64,000 bases of DNA from Mobula hypostoma (lineage: Eukaryota). Below, piece after piece: positions 48,912 through 61,059 of this stretch (its first letter is position 1; each line of letters opens with the position of its first letter). The translations under genes were made by a program, and so were the position numbers. The stretch covers positions 31,870,001 to 31,934,000 of the forward strand of contig NC_086109.1 in NCBI RefSeq assembly GCF_963921235.1. Direction: 5' to 3'. The notes beneath the pieces are model-generated. The model ran no database searches, was not told where the DNA came from, and worked only from the letters and a program-made list of their open reading frames with translations.

Positions 48912-49714
48912 GCCCCACCTCCCCCTCGTACCCCATCTGTTACTCATTTTTATCCACACATTCTTTCTCTCACTCTCCTTTTTCTCCCTCTGTCCCTCTG
49001 AATATACCTCTTGCCCATCCTCTGGGTCACCCCCCCCCCCGTCTTTCTTCCCGGACCTCCTGTCCCATGATCCTCTCGTATCCCCATTATAACTGCTGTT
49101 CCTTTATTGCACACATTTCTAATTTCCTGTTTAATACCATCTCCGACCTCACTACTACTGTTAGGTGGCCTGTACACAACTCCCACCAGCGTCTTCTGCC
49201 CCTTGGTGTTACGCAGCTCTACCCATATCGATTCCACATCTTCCCGGTTTATGTCCTTCCTTTCTATTGCGTTAATCTCTTCTTTAACCAGCAACGCCAC
49301 CCTACCTCCCCTTCCTTCATGTCTATCCCTCCTGAATATTGAATATCCCTGAACGTTGAGCTCCCATCCCTGGTCACCCTGGAACCATGTCTCTGTGATC
49401 CCAACTATATCATAATCATTAATAACAATCTGCACTTTAACAGGCAAGATAGACTAAAGAGAGTCAGTGGATGTTGTTAACTTGAATTTTCCAAATAGCC
49501 TTTGACAAGATGCTGCACATGAGGCTGTTTAACAAAATAAGAGCCCATGATATTACAGGAAATATGTTAACATAGATAGAAGACTGACTGATTGGATCAT
49601 AGGCAGTAGACAATAACTGGGAATAAAGGGGGACTTTCATAGTTATTGCTGGGGACAAACACTACTTTGATGCGGTCATTCATGTTTTATGTCAATAATT
49701 TAGATGAAGGAATT

Positions 49715-50333
49715 TTTTTTTAGATTAGATTATGAGGACACGCAGTCCTCTTTTATTGTCATTTACTAATGCATGCATTAAGAAATGATACAATATTCTG
49801 ATATCACAGAAACACAGGACAGACGAAGACTGAAAAACTGACAAAAAACACATAATTATAACATATAGTTACAACAGTGCAAACAATACCATAACTTGAT
49901 GAAGAACAAGCTGTGAGCACGGCAAAAGGTTCAAAGTCTCTCGAAAGTCCCACATCTCACGCAGACAGGAGAAGGAAGAATACTCTCCCTGCCATACCCG
50001 ACCACAGTCCAACTCTGAGTCGTCCGAAAACTTCGAGCTCCGACCAGCCCTCCGACACTGAGCACCGAGCACCATCTCTGCCGAACGCTTTGATCTCATC
50101 CCGGGTTGCCAGCAGCAGGCAAAGCCGAGGATTTTGGGGCCTTCCCTCCGGAGATTCTCGATCGCACAGTAGCAGGGGCAGTGAACCGGGCATTTCAAAA
50201 GTTAATCCAGATGTTCCTCCATGCTCTCACAGCTGTCTCCATCAAATCAGAACTGTGCACGATGTCCTACTTACAAATACGATATCATTTCACCGGAGAG
50301 GCTACGCACGCTGCGTCGCGCTGCCATCTTCTC
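49715..50333 (-). mobile_element. Non-autonomous non-LTR retroposon, copy C, inserted in the old CR1
   Basis: Reverse-complement homolog of 2300-3000 and 15805-16481. The host CR1 reads gatgaaggaatt|gatagcattgtggcc across it. Confidence 0.85.
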
Positions 50334-51311
50334 ACAATTGATAGCATTGTGGCCAAGTTTATGGATGATACGAAGATACATGGAAAGGTAGGTGGTGTTT
50401 AGGAAACAGGGAGAATGCAGAAGGACTTCAACAGATTTGGAGAATAGACAAAGGTATGGCATCTGTTATATAGTGTAGGGAAGTGAATGGTCATGCACTT
50501 TGGTAGAAGGAATAAAGGCATAGACCATTTTCTAAGCAGGGAAAAAAATTCAAAAATCATATGTGCAAAGAGAATTGGGTATCCATGTGCAGGCTTCCCT
50601 TGAGGATAACTTGCAGGTCGAGTCAATGGTGAGGAAGGCAAATGTCAATACTAGCATTCACTTCAGAAGGACTAGAATATAAGAGCAAAAATATGAGTCC
50701 GAGACTTTATAAGGCATTAGTCAGACCTCACTTGGAGTATTGTGAGCAGTTCTGTGTCCCTTATCTAAGAAAAGATATGCTGGCATTGAAGAGGATACAG
50801 AGGAGGTACACGAGAATGATTCCAGAGATGAGGAGTGTTTGATGGCTCGGGGCTTGTACTTGCTGGAGTTTAGAAGAATGATGAGGAATCTCATTGAAAA
50901 CTATTTATTGAAAGGTCTAAATAGAGTGGACATAGAGAGATTGTTTCCTACCGAGGGTGCACCCTCATAATAGAGGGACATCCATTTAGAACAGAGATAA
51001 GGAGGAACTTATTTAGCCAGAGAGTGGTGAATTCTTGGAATTAATTACCACAGACCGCTATGGAGGCCAAGTAATTGAGTATATTTGAAGCAGAGGTTGA
51101 TAGGTTACAGGGAGAAGGCAGGAGAGTGGGATTCAGAGGGATAATAAATCAGCCATGATGGAATGGCAGAGTAGACTCAATGGGCCAAGTGGACTAATTC
51201 TGATCCTATATCTTATGGCCTTATTGACTTATGAAATGCAATGCTCACTGATAAGGGAAACTAGAATGTTGGAAGCAAAGAGGAAAAGAGCATCTCTAAT
51301 GTCAATAATTG

Positions 51312-51515
51312 GCAAATGTTGGAAATCTGAAATAAAAGTTCAAACATGCTGGAAACACTCAGAGGCTCAGGCAGCATCCATGGAGAGGAAAACAACTAAG
51401 ATTTTTGGCCTGGGTATCTTTTGTCAGAAACAATTCCTGGACTGGAAATGAGAACTGTTCCTCTTACAGCAGAAGCTGCCTGACCTGCTGAGTGTTCGAA
51501 CAAATTCTGGCTTGT
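51312..51515. mobile_element. Old palindromic Penelope 3'-end mini-element
   Basis: Arms tgctggaaacactcagaggctcaggcagcatc and gaagctgcctgacctgctgagtgttcgaaca are imperfect reverse complements. The centre is decayed. Confidence 0.6.
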
Positions 51516-52289
51516 CCTTCTCTCTAAGCAGAGCTGACTGCTGAAGAACAGTGTTAATGTCTCAGGAGGAAGGTATTATGGCATTGACCATCGATAAATC
51601 CTTCTCATGATTGATAATCAACCAAGCATTGAAAGAATGGAAACACATTTTGTTGATAGAAATGTCTGGATTATTACTGAATGCCCTTGAGGGCACACAA
51701 GAGAATTAATATCTGCTTGCACTGATGGATAGCTAGGACATGCCAATACCCATCAATGAAACTGAAGAGGCCTGGGAGCAGATATCCACAGTGACCTCTC
51801 TAATGCTCCAGTGAGCAGAAATTTAAGAGGAAAGTTATGGCCAGGAAACTGATAGTCACTGTCACTTTGATCTCTACTGCAAGAGCAGTGGAGGCATGAG
51901 AGCCTGTCTAAATGAGTTCTTGCGGAATATCACATGGAGTACCTAAGCCTAAAAGTACTTTGCTTGGTACGGATTTCAGGAAAGGATGATGTGATGTTTC
52001 TGAGTACTGTGTGAATAGTATCTTCACTCCCAGCGTCCCTTTCCTTAATCACTCCTTTTCTTAAACTTCTAGTATGGAAATGCCATCACAGAGGCACCCA
52101 TTTCATTGTTCAGCAGCTGAATGCAAAGTAAAAACTTACTAGCACTCGTGCCATAACCTGCAGATATTGGAAGTCGTCTAAGCATCTGCAGTCTTTTCTG
52201 ATGCTTCCTGGTCAGGTCTCCTGAGGTCAGCATAATTGTCTGATATTGAGAGGAAACTTATAAAATTATCTCAATAGAGCGACTAGGGC

Positions 52290-52790
52290 TTCTTGCGATG
52301 GGCTCCAAGCTCATAGTCTTCTACTGCTGTAGCCCACCCATAACATTTCGATGTGTTATGCACTCCAAGATGCTCCTCGGTACTCCACAGTCAGGTATGT
52401 TGCCTTCCTGTCAGCATGAACCAGTCTGTCCATTTTCCTCTGACCCCTCTCATTAACAAGGCACTTCTACCCACAGAACTGATGCTCACTAGATGTGTTT
52501 TTTAAATTGTTTTTTTTTCACACTATCCTCTATAAACTCTAGAGACTGATATGTTAGAAAATCCCAGAAGATTAGCTCATTCTGAGATATTCAAACCACT
52601 CGGTCTAGCACCAACGACCACTCCACAGTCAGTTAGATTATATTTCTTCTGCATTCAATGTCTGGTCTGAACAACAACGGAACATCTTGACCATGGCTGC
52701 ATATTTTTGTGCATTCACTTGCTGCCCCAATTAGATATTTGCATTAACAAGCAGGTGCACAGCTGTACCTAATAAAGTGACTACTGAGTA
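52290..52790 (-). mobile_element. Tc1-derived element, same family as 15243-15794
   Basis: Colinear homology. Ends gtacctaataaagtgactactgagta. Confidence 0.75.
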
Positions 52791-53289
52791 TGTGTTCCAA
52801 GGAACTCTTTCATAGGTTAGTTCACATATGAATACATGTAAACAAGAGAAAACATTGAAATAGATACTATATATAGAAGTTGGTAATGTTATTCTACAAG
52901 GTATATTCAAAGTTCATGCTAAATATAAGTAATCATTGTAACCATGAATGAGATGTGGTTTGGGTGAAAATTCTCCAGCTTCCACCTCATTATTGTTCAC
53001 TAGAAGACGAAGTCTAAGTTCGAATGTGTCATTAGAAGAGAAGCTGGTTTTGCAATTGCAAGTTTCTGGCCTAGATACTAACTTTGTCATTATCTGCAAA
53101 TCCCCAGGGACTAACAAACTCCAACTACATCTCCCAGGAGGCCAAAATTATTCAGTGAGCAAAAATAACATGGTCAATTCTATTAAAGTGATGAATATGC
53201 AATTGGAATGCATTTCAGTGAAGCACATATCAACAAAGTAGTTCCAAATAAACCCTTTTAAACTCTACTGGTTTTAACACAAACAAATG

Positions 53290-54610
53290 TGAAGTGTTGC
53301 AGCTCGGCAGGAACGTGCATAGTTAAGGGCAAAACCCTTAACAGCAATGATGAGCAGAGGGATCATGGGGTCCAAGTTCATAGCTGTCTGAAAGTGGCTG
53401 CATAAGTTGATAGGGTAGTTAAAAAGGCATATAGTATGTTTGCCTTTATTAGTCAAGGCATTGAGTTCAAAGGTTAGGAAATTATGTTGCAGCCTTATAG
53501 GACTCTATTTCGGCTGCATCTGGAGTATTGCATACAGTTCTGGTCACTCCATTATATTGTCAGAGTGATTTTTTTGGGGTAGATGAATTGTTTACACCTA
53601 ATTGACTTTGACCACCAGCCTTCGATTTGACAAAGTACTGTGGATTGAGTCCACAACAATGCGCTTCCTAAAAAGGTGTGAATACCAGATGCTTCTGGCA
53701 CCGTAGTTTGACCAGATGCTGTAGTTTCAAAGACAGTATAAATATATTATAAATATTAGTTGTCTTCTATGTTAGCATGGGAATTGCCAAATAAATGTAT
53801 CGTAGACATAACTTACATTCCTAAAGGCTGTGGATACCAACCCAGACATGTTGGCGTCGGAAGGAAAGGATGGTGTGATATTTTGTATGTAGCTTCAATA
53901 GGAAGCATTGTCTATAACTTTTTAAGTAGCGATTGCCTTTGTGTTTAGCATATAAATGTCGAGCCCACATTGAGCTAGCAGTCCTTTCTACGGAAAGCAT
54001 CTCCGTCCGTAGATGCCTGCTGTACCTTGTTGTGTCGAATAAAGAAGCTGCTTTGTATCTACCAGTGACTCTGTCTCTCTGGTGATTTCATCCATGCTAC
54101 AACATTATGAAGGATGTTGAGGCTTTGGACTGGATGCAGAGAAGGTTTGCCGGGATGTGCTGGATTAGAGGGCATGTGCCATAATGAGAGGTTCGACAAA
54201 CCTGGGTTGTATTCTGTGGAGTGGTAGAGGCTGAGGGGAGGTCTGATAGAGGTTTATAAGATTGTGAGTAGACAGATGGTATCTTTTTCCCAGGATTGAA
54301 ATGTCTAATACCAGAGGACATGCATTTGAGGTAAGAGTGGGTACTTTTAACGGAGATGTGAGGGACAAGTTTTTACACAGAAGGTGGTGGGTGCCTAGAA
54401 TGCACTGCCTGTGGTGGTGGTAGAGGCAGATACATATTAGGGACTTTTCAGAGACATTTAAATAGGCACATGAATGTGAGGAAAATAGAAGGATATGGAC
54501 ATTGTGTAAGCAGAAGAGATTAATTTCATTGGCCATTGATTACTAATTTAATTAGTTTGGCACAGCATTGTTGACTGAAGGGGTCGTGCTGTACAGATTT
54601 ATGTTTTATA
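53290..54610 (+). mobile_element. Degenerate CR1 3' fragment split by a solo LTR
   Basis: catctggagtattgcatacagttctggtcactccattat|gaaggatgttgaggct gives LEYCIQFWS.H..KDVEAL across the insertion. Confidence 0.8.
53556..54104 (+). mobile_element. Solo LTR-like insertion (~0.55 kb)
   Basis: Interrupts CR1 with a cattat duplication (53550-53555 / 54103-54108). TGT start at 53558, ACAACA end at 54104, AATAAA at ~54038. Exact ends are ambiguous by about 2 bp. Confidence 0.75.
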
Positions 54611-54764
54611 AGGATCTGGAAATTCTATTAACCAAATAAGTATATAAGTAGGAATTCAAACCAGTACTTCAAATGTTAGTTAAATATCAAAAGAAAACAC
54701 AATATATTTCATCTATAAGAAAATACTCTGAAAAGTACAAGGATAAAATTCCTTAAAATATATT

Positions 54765-55010
54765 TATTTATTTATTTACCGCAAAGTAGACCATTCCAGC
54801 CCTTCGCACCACTCTGCCCTGCAATCTTCCAGTTTAATCCTAGCATAATTACAGAACAATTTACAATGGCCTATCAATCTACCAATCAGTATGTCTTTGG
54901 ACTGTGGGAGGAAACCTGAGTACCCAGAGAAAACCCATGCGATCAGGGGAAAAATGTACAAACTCTTTCCATGCAGCGGTGGGAAATGAACCTGAGTCGC
55001 CTGTAAAAAC
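54765..55010 (-). mobile_element. tRNA-derived SINE fragment
   Basis: (TTTA)n end and gtctttggactgtgggaggaaacctgagtacc core. Confidence 0.65.
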
Positions 55011-56119
55011 ACCTAAGTGTGGACAGGTATTCCTTTTTCTCCTAGTGCTAAGCTAGAAATTGCTTTCCAAATCTTGATAATGTGAGGATGTGTGTCTGCT
55101 TCCAAATTACCAAATGACATTTTAAGGTAACAAGGTAAAAAGAAACAATAAAATAAAAGCTGGAAAGTGGAAACAGCTAACAAGAGTCTAAATTTCAGTA
55201 TTGAACATGCTGGACATTTTATATTAGTAATTAGTTATTTTACGAAATGTAAATCTATATTGGTCAGGACTTTATGTTCAGCAGTAAAATGTTGGCACTC
55301 GTGTCTGACCTTGAAGAAAGTTGCCATCAATCTTCTAACACGCTCTGTGGCTGTGATTTCCATGTATAGTGGAATCAGTTGCACATCATTTGAAAATATT
55401 TTTGCGATGGATTGTGCAGTGATAAAAGCTGAAGCTCTTGTTAACCAGGTGATTTTAAAAAGCGTTCTATCTGTGAGACATGCATAGGAGTAAAGAATCA
55501 CTAGGAACAGCTTTAAGACATTAATATACATGCATGCACAGAAATTTGTAGCTTCTGTCACTTTCACATTAATGATTCAGACACTGGCAGACTCACCATC
55601 ATTAGGACTGAAAAAAAAAACTGGACTATTATCTACAGATTCACTTTCAATTGCTGGGAAATTACAACCACAAAGCTAATGTCACATTCCGATTAGCTAT
55701 TTCTTGGAACACATTGCAAGATGTAATTCCAGAATATAAACCTGCAAGAAAATTTTGTGAAGTAAATTGTGTTCCAGTTTTTGATAAGGTTTATTTGCCT
55801 GAAATTAAATGATATACCAGATGAAATTGAATGAAAAAAATGTTTCTTCTTTGTACAAATTGGTTACGCAGACTGAAATACTAAATTCCAATTCAAGAAG
55901 TTTTCCTGTTTTTTAAAAAAAACACAAAACAATGAACAAAATTAACCATGCCAGCTTTGTCATCAAATGTGGACAAAGTTTTTTTAATGGGAACAAGGTA
56001 CTGGAAATGCTAGTTTAGGTATAATATATTATTATGAAGCTTGAAGCTGGCATAAATTCAGTAGGCCACATTGCAGCTTTCTATCTTAGAAGAAAATATG
56101 AAAAGGCACCTCATCACAC

Positions 56120-56890
56120 AGTTATGGTCATACACTTTGGTAGAAGAAATAAAAGCATAGAATATTTTCTAAATGGAGATAAAATTCAAAAATCTATGTG
56201 CAAATGAACTTGGGAGTCGTGCAGGATTCCCTCGAGGTTAATTTGCAGGTTGAATCACTGGTGAGAAAGACAAACGCGATATTTGCCTTTATTTTGAGAA
56301 GGCTAGAATATAAAAGCAAGGATGTAATGTTGAGGCTTTATAAGACACTGGTAAGGCCTCACTTGGAGTATTGTGAGCAGTTTTGGGCCCCTTATCTACA
56401 AAAGGATGGACTGACATTGGAAAGGTTTCAAAGGAGGTTCACAAAAATGTGTCCGGGATTGAGAGGCTTATCATATGGCTCTAGGCCTGTATTCACTGGA
56501 AATCGGAAGAAAGAGGGAGGGATCTCATTAAAACTTCTCGAATGTTGAAGAACCTCGATAGAGTGGATGTAGAGAGGATGTTTCTAAAACCAGTGGGCAC
56601 AGCCTCAGAATAGAGGAACGTCCATTTAGAACGGAGATGAGGAGGAATTTCTGCAGCCACAGCGTGGTAAATCTGCGAAATTCATTGCCATAGACGGCTG
56701 CAGAGACCTAGCCACTGGGTATATTTAAGGCAGAGGTTGATAGATTCCTGATTAGTCAGGACATGAAGGGATACAGGGAGTAGGCAGGAGAATAGGACTA
56801 AGAGGGAAATTAATCAACCATGATGAAATGGCAGAGCAGACTCGATGGGCCAAATGGCTTAATTCTGCTCCTATATCTTACTGTCTTATA
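56120..56890 (+). mobile_element. CR1 3' fragment
   Basis: LEYKSKDVMLRLYKTLVRPHLEYCEQFWAPYL..QRRFTKM, followed by a CR1 3'UTR. Confidence 0.88.
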
Positions 56891-57639
56891 GACTTATGTA
56901 AGTGTGCTGCACAAACAAGGGATACTGTATGTGGAAAGATTACCTGCACGCAGGCTTCTCAGAGAATAAGGCATTTGCAGTCTATTGTGGCTATGCCATG
57001 TTGACTAAGGGGAGGAGGAAACCAGAAGTCCATGCAAAACAAATTTAAAGATTAAATAAAGCCAACCATTGATGTAAAGTTCCAGATCACCCCAGAACAG
57101 GTTGTAAAATTCAGTAGAGAATCAGACATACAGAATGGATAAAGACAGAAGAGGTGACAGAGAGAATTCTTGGGACATTAAAGCGGATATAATGCCCATG
57201 AGTTAGTCAGCTGGCAAAGTTGTCAATACCATTTGAATATTCAACACCATTAATGCTGGAATAATTCATTAACATATATTAACAATGTCAAAACTGAACA
57301 AAGCTAAAATACATTAAAGCATACAAAACACTGAAATAAATAAAAGGAACTTAAATATTCTTAAATTCCAACAACTTGTTGGCCGTGAAGTCTGGAGGAA
57401 AATGCTCAGATTATTGCATTGTAGAAGCCATGGTAAGGCAAGGATAGCCTGGGGCAGTTGTAATCAAGCAAGACCTTTGAAGTAAGACTGCTGGAGGCAC
57501 CTCTGCTGACTACAGATGAGATACTGTGTCTGTCTCTGGCACCTCCTATTGTGTAAAGGGAAGCTATGTCTTAGGAAGTCCTTTCTGGAAAAGTCTCACT
57601 ACAAATCTTGTACTGGGTTGGCTGGGATTAGAAAATTGA

Positions 57640-58095
57640 AGATTTGTGGGCTGGGAGTGGGACAGGGAGCTGGTATTACAATTTGTTTCCATCTGTACAG
57701 GGGAGGCTCCTTTTGGGAAGGAATAGGAGGGATGATGTGAGGTTGGCGAGATTGAGGCTTGGACACATGGGTTTGCACTCTACTTTGGCACTTATTGGTA
57801 AACATGGGAATGGGTGGTGTGACTTTTGTAAGGTACCAGAGACAGTGGAACATAGGATCATGGTGTGCCACAGATATTTGTTGGAAAGTAGGAAGCTGTT
57901 TAGGCAATTATTGGGCAGGTCTGGGGAGTCCAGGCTACAGGATATTCTGGCACCTGAAGCAGGGGTGGTTAAGTCGTGGAGGGCCCCAGTGAACTTTTTA
58001 ATTAAAACAGGTTTGGGAGGCAGGTTCTGATCCGTGTCATGGTTCCTGTCATACTCCATTACAGTAGGTGGCAGTAATGCACCTCCCTGATAGGT
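57640..58095 (+). mobile_element. I/Nimb-clade LINE 3' fragment (C-terminal zinc knuckle and 3'UTR)
   Basis: RRDDVRLARLRLGHMGL..LIGKH.NGWCDFCKVPETVEHRIMVC..Y..FLIKTGL, then cagtaggtggcagtaatgcacc. Confidence 0.8.
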
Positions 58096-60089
58096 GCAAG
58101 TCCCCATGAGCACAAACGAAGACAATCCTTGTTTACCTGTCGATCCAGCCACCCTCAACCTAGTCTTCAGTTACCTTGCGTTCAGTATGTTTCCTCCTGT
58201 TTGGTAGCCCCGTCATGACCAGTTATTTTGCAGTTTTTTATACAAGTTGTCGCTGACTGCTAAATCATCTCCACTGCTCTGCTTTTGGGTCAAGCTTCCT
58301 CTACATTTCCTGACAGACTCAATAACGCACTTGCCTTTTTATATGTCTGGAGTAGCAAAGGACTTTTGAGCCCTGGTTGTTTCTGATGTCCTGTAAGGTG
58401 GAGTTGATCGCAATCAAGGACAGGGTCTTAGCATGTGTCACCGCAAGGTATTTCCTGGTTTGGGTCTCCTGTATTATGACTCTGTAAAGGCAGAATAATA
58501 ATTTTTGATATTTATTTGTCTCATTTTATTTTTTTTAATTCCTGTTCATTCCCTGTTCATTACTGTTCTCTCTTAATGTAGTCAGTTCTGTGCACTCTTT
58601 CTTGTTTTATGTATAATTAATCTATTTCATTTTCTACTTCTAACCTAAATCTATTCTCTCACTAGTTTAAAATCTTCATCTCTCGATTCATACTTTCAAT
58701 AACACTGGCCTCATTCAATTGGAGTCTTTTCTACTGGGACTGTTCGTTACTGTCCCAAGTCTGCTCATGGTGTCCCACATAAAAGATCTTATCATTCTTA
58801 AACTAACCTGAAGTCGTGTACTAAACTCTCTTAATCCGCCTGTCTTTATGTCAAGTTTCACACAGCCTCGATAATAACACAGTCAATTGCCCTTGTAGGC
58901 TCAATTCTTGACTTGTTAACTCTAAATACTTTTCCGAGCTATTTTGTTTAATTTAACTCAGTTGACAGAAATTGAAACTAACTCCTCATTTTCTAAATGT
59001 CTCCTTCCATTTGAAGATATTTCTCACTCAAAGCAGAATAATTATTTTTTCAGAAAGCTCGGGAGAAGCAAGATGAGGGCTTGCATAGTCAAAGCCATAG
59101 GAAAACAATCCCCATATAACTATGTTACCCCACATGGGAGAAAGGACAATTTTAGAGCCAAGGTATAAAATCCTGACCAAAGTTATAGATGTAGTTATGC
59201 TTGACAGTTAAACTGTTCTCAGTATTATTTATTTATTAATTACTTGCACACTTTGGGTTATTTTGGATGTTAGTTGTTTGTCAGTCTTTGTGTGTAGTTT
59301 TCATCTATTCTATTGTATATGTCTGTCCTAATGCGAATGCCTGAAAGGTAATGAATCTCAAGGTAATATATGGTGATATATACGTACTCTGATAATAAAT
59401 TTACTTTGCACTTTACTTCAAACATTAATTTAATTAATCTCTCATTTTCCAACCTTTTGTATAAATGCCACATGGTCATCATTAAAATGTTTTACAAATA
59501 AAATCATACATTTCCTGTGAGTTTGTGAAAAGATAAACTAAGTTCCCAAGATTGCAGCTGTCAAATTCAGACTTTAGGATGAAAATTAATTGCATGAAAT
59601 GACTCATCGGATTTCTTTTATTGAAAGTTGTAACAAAAATATAACTACTTAAAATCTGGAAACAGTTATCAAGTTGGGCAGCATCTGTGGAAAGAGAATC
59701 AGTTAACATTTCAGGTCCAGGAACTTCACCAGAACTGAGAAAGTGAGAAAGTCAAAATAGTTCACAATAGGAGAAGGCAGGGGAGAGATGTGTAGAATAC
59801 AGGAAATATCTTAGATAGGTAAGACCAAATAGAGCATTAGAAGAACAATCAGAAGTATATTATGATGAAAACATGAATGTGTTTCTAATTGCTACTCAAG
59901 TAGACATTCTACTGCAATTAACCCTCTTATGTAGTTCGAAGATGTTGAGGAAGATATGCTTTCACTCCAGTGTTGAGGCTTCTAAGGTGGCTACTAAGGA
60001 CAACGGGTGAACAAAGACTCATCCACAAGTTGGACTGAGATTGTTGACAACTGGTTTTTGATGCAGTGCATTTCTTCTACTGCCTTAAC

Positions 60090-60682
60090 AGTCATAGTAA
60101 TAGTCATAGTCATACTTTATTGATCCCGGGGGAAACTGGTTTTCATTACAGTTGCACCATAAATAATAAATAGTAATAGAACCATAAATAGTTAAATAGT
60201 AATATGTAAATTATGCCAGTAAATTATGAAATAAGTCCAGGACCAGCCTATTGGCTCAGTTGTCTGACCCTCCAAGGGAGGAGTTGTAAAGTTTGATGGC
60301 CACAGGCAGGAATGACTTCCTATGACGCTCAGTGCTGCATCTCGGTGGGATGAGTCTCTGGCTGAATGTACTCCTGTGCCCGCCCAGTACATTATGTAGT
60401 GGATGGGAGACATTGACCAAGATGGCATGCAACTTAGACAACATCCTCTTTTCAGACACCACCGTGAGAGAGTCCAGTTCCATCCCCACAACTTCACTGA
60501 CCTTACGAATGAGTTTGTTGATTCTGTTGGTGTCTGCTGCCCCAGCACACAACAGCAAACCATAATAGCACTGGCCACCACAGACTCGTAGAACATCCTC
60601 AGCATCGTCCGGCAGATGTTAAAGGACCTCAGTCTCCTCAGGAAATAGAGACGGCTCTGACCCTTCTTGTAGACAGCCTCAG
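60090..60682 (-). mobile_element. Rex-Babar LINE 3' fragment
   Basis: MLRMFYESVVASAI and NRINKLIRK..SHPLH..STFSQRLIPPRCSTERHRKSFLPVAIKLYN. Confidence 0.88.
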
Positions 60683-60945
60683 TGTAGCGTAACGGTTAGC
60701 ATAACTCTTTACTGTACCAGCGACTCAGGCTCAATTCCCACTGCACTCTGTAAGGAGTTTGCACAGTCTCCCCGTAAATGTGTGGGATTCCTCCTGATAC
60801 TCCAGTTTCCTCACACAGCCTGAAGATTTAGGGGTTGGTAGGGTAATTGGTCATTGTAAATTGTCCGAGGATTAAATTGGGAGTTGCCAGGTGGTACGGC
60901 TCAAAAAGCCAGAAGGACCTATTCTGTGCTGTATCTCATAAAATA
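60683..60945 (+). mobile_element. tRNA-derived SINE
   Basis: A-box-like tagcgtaacgg, B-box-like ggctcaattcc, shared SINE core, and (AAAT) tail. Confidence 0.7.
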
Positions 60946-61059
60946 AATTATACAGAGCAGCACACAGGACAGAATGTCTTAATCATGCTTCTGTTTCTTG
61001 TTTTCTTACTCACAGCTTGCATAAAGAAAGATTGTTAAGAGAGTTAGACATGAATCACC

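Larger units (their letters stand above)
45678..49082 (+). mobile_element. Penelope-like retroelement (Neptune-type) with an inverted 3'-end copy on its left side
   Basis: Perfect 15-bp TSD cccattataactgct (45663-45677 and 49083-49097). 45931-46262 is the reverse complement of 48754-49085. Confidence 0.93.
43168..49437 (-). mobile_element. Young 5'-truncated CR1 LINE interrupted by a Penelope-like element
   Basis: (TTTCTATG)n tail at ~43165-43190 and a taaca duplication (43163-43167 / 49438-49442). ORF2 is continuous across the Penelope insertion (..NKGTAVIMG|DFNLH..). Confidence 0.93.
42600..51225 (+). mobile_element. Old CR1 LINE (outer host): segments 42600-43167, 49438-49714, 50334-51225
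   Basis: KSCLINLLEFFEVVT continues across the insertion into GKID..SVDVVNLNF. Further on, RLYKALVRPHLEYCEQF and a CR1 3'UTR. Confidence 0.85.

Noticed and set aside
43653..48959. Many antisense and alternative-frame ORFs over CR1 and Penelope
   Set aside because: Shadows of long open TE frames. The duplicated peptides simply reflect the inverted repeat.
52948..53241. 97-aa ORF in non-repeat sequence
   Set aside because: No recognisable domain or convincing splice context.
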